DNA of 64,000 bases from the NCBI RefSeq assembly GCF_006345805.1, contig NC_043001.1:56916001-56980000 (forward strand), in the 5' to 3' direction. Shown here one piece after another: positions 55,644-64,000 of this stretch. This DNA comes from Octopus sinensis. Taxonomy: Eukaryota. The position numbers and the translations under genes were made by a program. Every line of letters begins with the position of its first letter. The first letter of the stretch is position 1. The notes under the pieces were generated by a model that was not told the origin of the DNA, did no database searches, and was given only the letters and a program-made list of their open reading frames with translations.

Positions 55644-55970
55644 TTATTTAGATTAAAAGATTAAACAGGTCAAAATTTTATGTTTAATGTTAGTTAGTTA
55701 ATTTAATTTGGCTCAAATGTTTGATATGTTTCTCTTTTCAGGTATAGAAATGGCTTTCACTGGAGGAGAAAAGGCGTTTTGTGTTGGAGTATGCTCGAAC
55801 AGTAGAACGAGAATGTGCAGCGTGCATTTGTAAAAGAGTTCTCTAAAAAGTCACCAAAGGCAATGCAGATTGGGACATAGCACAAAAAATTCAAAGAGGG
55901 AGGCTGTCTGTGCAGGGCAAAATGATCTGGATGACGTAGTCTTCGAGACACGCCTACACCAGACAGGAAC
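55349..55970 (+). mobile_element. 5' part of a decayed Tc1/mariner-superfamily element, interrupted by a SINE
   Basis: TA-CAGGGTG start. From ATG 55750: MAFTGGEKAFCV, then EYART, then NVQRAFVKEFSKKSPKAMQIGT*HKKFKEGGCLCRAK*SG, a transposase N-terminal HTH with frameshifts. Confidence 0.7.
55435..55599 (+). mobile_element. tRNA-derived SINE, 5' module
   Basis: A box TGGCTGTGTGG and B box GGTTCAGTCCC, then CCTTGGGCAAGTGACTTCTACTATAGCCTCGGGCCGACCAAAGCCTTGTGAGTGGAT, ending in (TA)n. Confidence 0.88.
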
Positions 55971-56232
55971 AAACGTATGAATTTTGTTTGCGGACTTTAA
56001 TTCATCGGAATCTAATTCGCCCGCTAATGGTCTCCAAAGTTAGCGAAAACTCTACTCCGCTAAACATAAAGTTAGCTGTTAGCAGATTAGCGGAACCGTG
56101 CTCACCACTGTACATACTTATACACATACATACGCACACACACACACACATGTACATGCACACGCACACACACTCACACACACATATGTATGTGTATATA
56201 TATATGTATATCTTTCAATCTATATCTATTTA

Positions 56233-56271
<39 letters not shown>

Positions 56272-56302
56272 TATATATAATATATATAATATATATATAT
56301 AT

Positions 56303-56334
<32 letters not shown>

Positions 56335-56364
56335 TTTTTTTTTTTTAATTTAAAAAAAAATTTT

Positions 56365-56890
56365 ATCTACTTTCTGCTCACGAGCTATGGCCATGCTGGG
56401 GGCACCGCCATTTGGTGTTGCTATATGATTTCACTTCACGAATGCTTTTTAGCAATTGCCATTTGGTGCATGAGAGAGTTCGATGCAGCTGCCCTCATCT
56501 GCACCTCCTGCCGTGAAGTTGGTTCGTCTGGGACACCTGACAAGAAGAGATCCAGTTTTATTTTAAAGTCATCTGCATCCACCCCATGCAGGTCTCTTAG
56601 GTTCTTCGGGAGGATATTGAAGAGCTGTGGGTCTCGGAAGCCCACGCTATCACAATATCTCGTCCTACATCTTGATGGCAAATTTGGAGTCCTTGGCACT
56701 ATGCAGTGGCGCCCAGTTCTGACATTTGTGTAACTGTCGATGCCAAAGTTTGGGTCAAGTCCTTCTAGGATCTTCCAGACGTATATTGTGGCATATCTTT
56801 CTCGCCTACGCTCTAAGGAATAGAGTTTCAATCTCTTGAGTCTTTCCCAATAGCTTATATGCTGAACAGATGCTATCTTCTTCGTGTAGC
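56365..56890 (-). mobile_element. 3' end of a CR1/L2-group LINE, 5'-truncated
   Basis: Open frame ISYWERLKRLKLYSLERRRERYATIYVWKILEGL...QLFNILP...FKIKLDLFLSGVPDEP...NSL, typical of the post-RT C-terminus. The tail GGCGGTGCCCCCAGCATGGCC follows. Confidence 0.85.
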
Positions 56891-56901
56891 TTCGATGGAT
56901 G

Positions 56902-56947
<46 letters not shown>

Positions 56948-56953
<6 letters not shown>

Positions 56954-57117
56954 CATACAAACATACATACATACATACATACATACATACATACATACAT
57001 ACATACATACATACACATACATACATACATACATACATACATACATACATACATACATACATACATACATACATACATACATACATACACATACATACAT
57101 ACATACATACATACACA

Positions 57118-57149
<32 letters not shown>

Positions 57150-57162
57150 CATACATACATAC
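56948..57162. repeat. (CATA)n microsatellite
   Basis: Direct reading. Confidence 0.95.
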
Positions 57163-57345
57163 ACGCAAATACAAATACACACGTAGCAATTCCCTGACAC
57201 ATGTCCTTTATTAATTTTACTGTTGGGTCACAGTCTTAACAGTTGTATATAATTATATAGAAATCGCAACTGGACTGATACTTATTAAATCAATTTCAGA
57301 CGGATGTTAATCAATGGCAACGTTCGTGGACTTTTTAGAATTCGA

Positions 57346-57377
<32 letters not shown>

Positions 57378-57400
57378 ACATTCATGTATATATATATATA

Positions 57401-57774
57401 GGCATGGGTGTGTAGTAGGAAGCCATTATCAGTCCCACTGCGTGGCACCTTTGGTAACTGTCTTCCAATATATATTTCTTTACTACCCACAAGGGGCTAA
57501 ACACAGAGGGGACAAACAAGGACAGACAAAGGGATTAAGTCGACTACATCGACCCCAGTGCGTAACTGGTACTTAATTTATCGACCCCGAAAGGATGAAA
57601 GGCAAAGTCGACCTCGGCGGAATTTGAACTCGGAACGTAACGACAGACGAAATACGACTACGAATTTCGCCCGGCGTGCTAACGTTTCTACCAGCTCGCC
57701 GCCTAAAACTGTCTTCCAATATAGCATTGAGAGTGGATTTGGTATATAGAAACTGAAAGAAACTCGTCGTATAT

Positions 57775-57821
<47 letters not shown>

Positions 57822-57856
57822 TATATATAATATATATATATGTATATATATATATA

Positions 57857-57888
<32 letters not shown>

Positions 57889-58172
57889 CTATATATGTGT
57901 GTGTGTGTGTGTGTGCGTGTGTGCGTGTGTGTGTCTGTGTGTGTCTGTGCGTTTGTGCGTGTGTGTTTGTGTGTGTGTGTGTGTCTCTGTGCCTGTGTTT
58001 GTCTCCCACCACCGCTTGACAAACGTGATTGGCGTGTTTAGCTATTCGGAAACGGATCCGATAGAAAAAGTAGTAGGCTTGAAAAAACTTTCCTGGGTTC
58101 GACAAAAACCCTTCAAAGCGATGCTCTCGCATTATCACAGTCTAATGGTTGAAACAAGTAAAGGAATAAAAG

Positions 58173-58175
<3 letters not shown>
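57401..58175 (+). mobile_element. Decayed bipartite tRNA-SINE carrying a nested SINE
   Basis: Head module 57401-57472 resumes at 57707-57770. A (TA)/(TG) tract follows, then the 3' module GTTTGTCTCCCACCACCGCTTGACAA...TGAAACAAGTAAA. Confidence 0.75.
57473..57706 (-). mobile_element. Full-length tRNA-SINE with a 17-bp target-site duplication
   Basis: The minus strand reads AGGCGGCGAGCTGGTAGAAACG...GAGTTCAAATTCC (B box)...TTTCATCCTTTCGGGGTCGATAAATTAAGTACC. TSD AACTGTCTTCCAATATA at 57456-57472 and 57707-57723. Confidence 0.92.
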
Positions 58176-58251
<76 letters not shown>

Positions 58252-58269
58252 ACACACACACACACATAT

Positions 58270-58520
58270 ATATAAGAGTGTAAGGTCCTTCCCAAACCGT
58301 TGGCTCATTAGGTCGGTTTTCTTGCAAACTGTGGTGCATATTATTAACCCGGGGCGGGATGTCATTTCGTCACAGGATTACTCATTTTTAACATTTGAAT
58401 GGGCTGAAGCTACGTGAAAGGAAGTGTTTTGCGCGAGAGTTCAATGTATTTGCCCGGCGCGGGAAACGAACCACAAAATTTGCGATCATGTGTTTGACAC
58501 CCTTAGACACTATGCACCTA
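58270..58520 (-). mobile_element. Decayed tRNA-SINE sharing its head with the 16171-16349 element but with a different body
   Basis: The minus strand reads GGTTCGTTTCCC (B box)...AAAACACTTCCTTTCACGTAGCTTCAGCCCATTCAAATGTTAAAAATGAGTAATCC. Confidence 0.7.
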
Positions 58521-59688
58521 CACTCATACACACACGCACACACACCTGAATTTTAGGGAGTATTGGTATTAAGCAAGATGTATAAATTTATGTTTTTATT
58601 TAAACTGTTTTAGAAGAAAAATAAGGAATCAAATACAAGTAATTGTACATTGTGCTTGGCTGTGTGCATATTCTTAAATATGTGATGTTTCTTGTTTCTT
58701 CTCAATAGGCAATGGACATTGTATAAGGAACTGCTGCAGATATATGATACACATATAGAGTCATATGACTGTAATATTTGTCTTTATGTAAAGTGGACTA
58801 TAAGTCAGAGCGTGACTGGGATTTAAAATATTATTCTTTATATGAAAAAATATAGTTGCATACCGTAGACAATGTGTATGAAACTGAACATCACAGTATT
58901 TGTTTCTCATCTGGAGCATAAGCAAAGGCTGTGCAGATTGCAATAATTGTGGAGAGAAATTAGTTATACAATACGTTGTAAGCTTCTCAGTACAGACGCT
59001 ATCCAATAGATGTAAGAAATAGAATGAGTTTGGGGCACTTATTGTTGAGTATCGAAACAATATGCAATTTGTATCACAGTCCATACAAATCATTGATGAT
59101 CTGTATGGACTAGATATATATCTATATATCCTAATTTTGATTGACGGTTCAGGGTAGCACATGAGTTGAAATACGAGGTAAAACACTCTTAGCCGCAAAG
59201 AAGCACATGTCTTTGTACTAACAGGTGAGTTGACCGCCCCAGAGCGAGCGAGTCTCAAGTTTAGTTTGACCATTGACTATTTTATAATTTTCACATTAAG
59301 ATTTTGCTGAACCAGTCATTGGTTTATATGGTAAATATTATAAACTGAGAGTTGGGATTTGGCCAAACCATTCAGTGACGGGGTAATCATCAATGAAGAA
59401 CCTTAATTTCAAGCGAAACTAGAATTCTGGTACGGTATCTTGCACCCTCTGGGACTGTTAGCTTCCCCTTCAGCACAAAGACATGTGCTCCTCTGCAGCT
59501 AAGAGGGTTTTTATCTCTTATTTCTAGCAATGTAGGTGCTACCCTGTACAGTGAGTCACAATTCGTGAGAATTGAATTATTCCTTTTTGGGTTTATATTG
59601 CTTACAAACGCCTTAGTTATCTTATACACACGCACACACAAAGACACGCACGCACACACATACACGTTCGCACACACATACACACATA

Positions 59689-59737
<49 letters not shown>

Positions 59738-59764
59738 ATATATATATATGTATATATGTGTGTG

Positions 59765-59910
59765 TATGTATATATGTATATATGCCGTCTACCAAATGAA
59801 GTCACATGGCTTTGGTTGTCTCGAAACTTTTGTAGAGGGCAATTACCCAAGATGTTACGCAATGAGAGTGGGCCCGGAACTATGGAAGCTTCTGAATACA
59901 CAGCCACGCA
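59765..59910 (-). mobile_element. Decayed SINE 5' module
   Basis: The reverse complement gives GTGGCTGTGTATTCAGAAGC...CTTGGGTAA...CAACCAAAGCCATGTGACTTCATTTGGTAGACG. Confidence 0.65.
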
Positions 59911-59914
59911 ATTG

Positions 59915-59947
<33 letters not shown>

Positions 59948-59994
59948 TATATATATATATATATGTAAGTGTGTGCATATGTTTATGTGTCTGT

Positions 59995-60172
59995 GATTGT
60001 CCCCCCAACATCGCTTGACAACCGATGCTGGTGTGTTTACGTCCCCGTAACTTAGAGGTTCGGTAAAAGAGAGCGGTAGAATAAGTACTAAGGCTTACAA
60101 AGAATAAGTTCCGGGGTCGATTTGCGGTGCTCCAGCATGGCCTCAGTCAAATGACTGAAACAAGTAAAAGTG
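59995..60172 (+). mobile_element. SINE 3' module
   Basis: TTGTCCCCCCAACATCGCTTGACAACCGATGCTGGTGTGTTTACGTCCCCGTAACTTAG...GGGGTCGATTTGCGGTGCTCCAGCATGGCCTCAGTCAAATGACTGAAACAAGTAAAAG. Confidence 0.85.
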
Positions 60173-60181
60173 TGATAACAG

Positions 60182-60218
<37 letters not shown>

Positions 60219-60236
60219 ATATATATTATATATATA

Positions 60237-60271
<35 letters not shown>

Positions 60272-60646
60272 CACATGTATATATATTTGTATTTATGCAT
60301 ATATGTACGTATGCATAATGTAAGCTAGTACGTGTGTATGTGTATAGGTGCAGCTACAACTGTGTGTTTATGAATGGATGTAAGTATACAATGAATGTCG
60401 TATATAACAATGTTTGTTTCATTAACTCCACTCCAGTTCAGCTGTTTATTATTAATTCTAGTGATTTGCCATCCTCGGAACAGCATGTGTCAAGTTAATG
60501 AGATATTATTACCTTGCATTGGTAATGATACTACAAATTATTGATCGATTCCACCACTTGCATACATACATACACATATACATACATACATAGAGACAAA
60601 CAAGCATACAGACGTATATGTATATATATATATGTTTATACACACA

Positions 60647-60696
<50 letters not shown>

Positions 60697-60786
60697 AAAC
60701 ATATATATGTATATGTATGTATAAAGAGAGAGAGTGAGAGAGAGAAATAGATAGATAGATAGATAGATATATAGAGAGGGATAGTT

Positions 60787-60864
<78 letters not shown>

Positions 60865-61093
60865 TTCTGTAAGTATATGTTTGTATGTACATACTATAGT
60901 AAGCAGTGACTAGCGGTGTAGTCATCTTTTGCTTCATTATCCTACTTCTGGTATCGAGTACCGCAACCGCCATTGTTTGTACATTGGTACAATTACAATT
61001 ATCTTCGTTATGAAGAGAAGCATTTCGTCGTATATAGATACATTGATATCTATCTATATATAAGCGTTTATGTATATATTTATATACATATAA

Positions 61094-61134
<41 letters not shown>

Positions 61135-61201
61135 GGTCCCGGGTTGATTCGGGGTTAACCACAGTAAATAAGGTACTCAATACATAGCAGAGTAAAATTA
61201 A

Positions 61202-61380
61202 TTTATTATATAGAAGGAGCTTCTACAGGACTAGAACTGTTTCATTCAAGAGAAATCTTCAGGAAGCTAGTTAACAAGAATTGTATTGGCATTTATACAT
61301 TTAGGCAGGTTTAAAGGGGTGTTGGTGGGGGACTGAATGAAACAGTTCTAGTCCTGTAGAAGCTCCTTCTATATAATAAA
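61202..61380 (-). mobile_element. 179-bp PLE-type mini-element with perfect 47-bp inverted repeats
   Basis: 61202-61248 and 61334-61380 are exact reverse complements. Confidence 0.8.
61218..61268 (-). ncRNA. Type I hammerhead fold with a U-U mismatch at the base of stem II
   Basis: Minus strand: P1 AGCTTC/GAAGCT; CTGAAGA; P2 TTC/GAA over a T-T mismatch; GAAA; P3 ACAG/CTGT; triplet GUA. Confidence 0.68.
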
Positions 61381-61537
61381 TATATATATATATATATAAA
61401 ATAAATATAAGAGAGTGGTCACTATATGGCTCACTCTAGCACCAGTTAATCCAAAAGGTTTCAACCACGAGCACTAGGCCACTTGTGTAGAATAGATATA
61501 CTATTAAATTAGTATCTAATTCTCTCACCCTTATTAA

Positions 61538-61602
<65 letters not shown>

Positions 61603-61614
<12 letters not shown>

Positions 61615-62460
61615 TTGTGTATGGTCATATAAGTTAGATACACAGACATACACATTTAAATAATGATAATGTTGATCTCGAATGGTGCTTTTGTACGTAA
61701 TACTTGATCAGAATACTTAGAATTACACCTCTGAGCTACAGTCTGCTTAAAATATTTCTTAAAAAGAAAATTCTGAAATTTTCTTTTTGTTTCTAACTAT
61801 TATGTGGCTTCTGGAAATGTGATGCTTTGTTGTTGTCTCTGCGGTCGACGCTTTTGTATGTATTGTTTTGTTGCTTTTGTTCTGGTATTTCTTCTTCATG
61901 AAGTTGATGATATATTTGTTGTCATTGTTTAGCCACTGGTTAAATTAATAGGATCAAACAAACTTATGATGAAAGACATTCAAACCGTGAAGAGTTCGTC
62001 ATTTTACTGGTACTTAGTACAACAGTGGCTCCTAATATTTTATTATTATTGTTATTGTGTAAGTTAATTATATTCTTGTCTCACTTGTTTATCTAATTTT
62101 GTTGTAGTTATTTTATAAGTTAATGTTGTTGGTATTGGTGATGATGACGGTGATGTTGCTGATATGTTAGCTTTTGTTTCTATTGCATTTCTTGTTTGTT
62201 TATTGTTTGTCAAACAGAAATATCTTCACGCTGTTATGAAGAACAATTGTTGCCACGCCATTCATTTATTGTTGTAAATATAACAACAGCAATAATTACA
62301 CGACAAAATGTCGTCGTAATCATGTTTTAGTCCCAGGTCAACCGCAATCGTGAAGAAATATTTTATTAGTTTTTAATTGTGTGTGTGTGTTTGTGTATGG
62401 TCATATAAGTTAGATACACAGACATACACATTTAAATAATGATAATGTTGATCTCGAATG
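61603..62460. repeat. Direct repeat of about 80 bp, copies 776 bp apart
   Basis: GTGTTTGTGTATGGTCATATAAGTTAGATACACAGACATACACATTTAAATAATGATAATGTTGATCTCGAATG occurs at 61603-61684 and 62379-62460. Confidence 0.92.
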
Positions 62461-63488
62461 ATACTACAGACTATTGATCTCTATTCACTCACTCTATTTG
62501 TGTGTGTGGATGTGTGAGTGTATGCGTGTATGTTTGTGTGTATGTGTGTGTGTGTGTGTGTGTGTATGTTTGTGTGTGTGTGTGCGTGTGCGTTCTGTCT
62601 TTCCTGTGCCTCGTATTCGCGGTGTCATATTTTAAACGACCGTATCCAGGTTTGTTTTAAATCGTTGATACAGAGAAAATGTGCCTGTGGACGAAAAAAT
62701 GTAAAAGAAAATAAATATTTAGCAGGAGTGGAGAAATGTAAGGTACATAAATCTTTATGCCTTTCAGAGCCGCTGAAGTTCTTTAGCAGAAAAGAGTATG
62801 CTATATTCCAGCCGGAGGTGTTGCAAATGCTTTCAAAGCAGCAGACGTCGCTAAAATTACCCAAGTAGAAGGCAGAGGAGTTCAACCGGTTGATGGATAG
62901 TATGAATCCATTAAGAACTCGATGCTCAAAGAATTGGGGTAAATACCAGAAGATATCTTATCTGATACTCTAAAAATTCTCCCAATCCTTCCCATGGTTT
63001 GCTATTTTATTTTAGCAACACAAGTAAGGATGAAACGAAAGGTGACCTCGACCTAACGATGCAGAAATGAGACAAGCACAGCATTGCTGTATTTGTTCCA
63101 GTATCTGCATTCTGCATTACAGTAGCTCTCCCAACTGGCCGTCAGTGATTGTTCATTCTGTCATATCACAGACGAATTCAAAACAAGAATAAATTTTTGT
63201 ATTGAAAAGTGTAGATCGTTCAATAATCTTGTCTGAAAACAAGATTGGAGTATCTAACTTGCTCTGTATTTCATGATATGTTAGGTCACTCAAGGCTAGC
63301 CTCAGGACAACCACATTAAAAACAACATGATTACTATTAGAATATTAGAATGTATTAAATATGCACTTATACTACTGTTCCCGCATGATCAGATGCACTG
63401 AAGGAAGGAAATATACAAAACAATGTCTTAAAAAATAAGAAAAGATTTTCGCAGAAACCATGATTGCTATGCCATCCTATTTTCTCTA

Positions 63489-63573
<85 letters not shown>

Positions 63574-64000
63574 ACCCGCGTGTGTGTGTGTACGTGTGTG
63601 TGTTTGTGTGTGCATGGGTGAGTGTGCGTGCGTGTTTGCCTAATTCTGTTTAATGTTGATTTGTGCAGACAATTGTTGAAAACTGTATGTGCCATTCGTT
63701 TACAGTAATTTAGAATGAAATTATCGTTGGAAAACATTTAGTCGTAGATTTCTCTTTATGTAAGTTATTCTGTAAATATACTTCTAGCTTCTTCCTGCAT
63801 ATGAACGAAGCTGCAATAAGAGATTTCAAGTGATAACCTTCTGGCTATAGTTTGAATGCACCCACCTCCACTCAGTCAACAAATAAACGCTGCAGTGTTT
63901 TTATTGTATTTTTCTACTGTCAGCTTTAATAATGATGGGCCTACTCTGTTTACCTGTCAGGATTTGATATTCAAAATGACAGTCACTTAACAGTAGTGGA

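Noticed and set aside
58680-59235. Possible host exons (acceptor at about 58709; CAG/GTGAGT donor at about 59225)
   Set aside because: Frames close quickly with stops and give no recognisable protein. RNA-seq would be needed.
62600-63000. GC-richer segment that might be a LINE C-terminus or an exon
   Set aside because: No diagnostic motif in any frame, and stops are frequent.

Overview
AT-rich, microsatellite-dense eukaryotic DNA. The SINE, LINE and mariner families look like those of an Octopus-type cephalopod (recognised from memory, not by search). No host protein-coding gene can be supported; nearly all listed ORFs are translations of simple repeats. Bases 1-16170 are the right end of a tandem array of a 65-bp unit (about 250 copies visible) with a 40-43-monomer higher-order periodicity. 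The array runs without a break into the body and tRNA-like head of a minus-strand SINE (16171-16349), so it appears to be an amplified internal segment of that SINE, with a Pol III promoter pointing into it. The remaining 48 kb contain decayed transposons: three mariners, a Tc1-like fragment, L1/Tx1, CR1/L2-group, R4/Dong-like and HERO-like LINE fragments, a Penelope-like GIY-YIG fragment, several tRNA-SINEs and a probable Helitron 3' end. At least seven hammerhead-ribozyme folds, intact or variant, lie in different Penelope-like LTR remnants.
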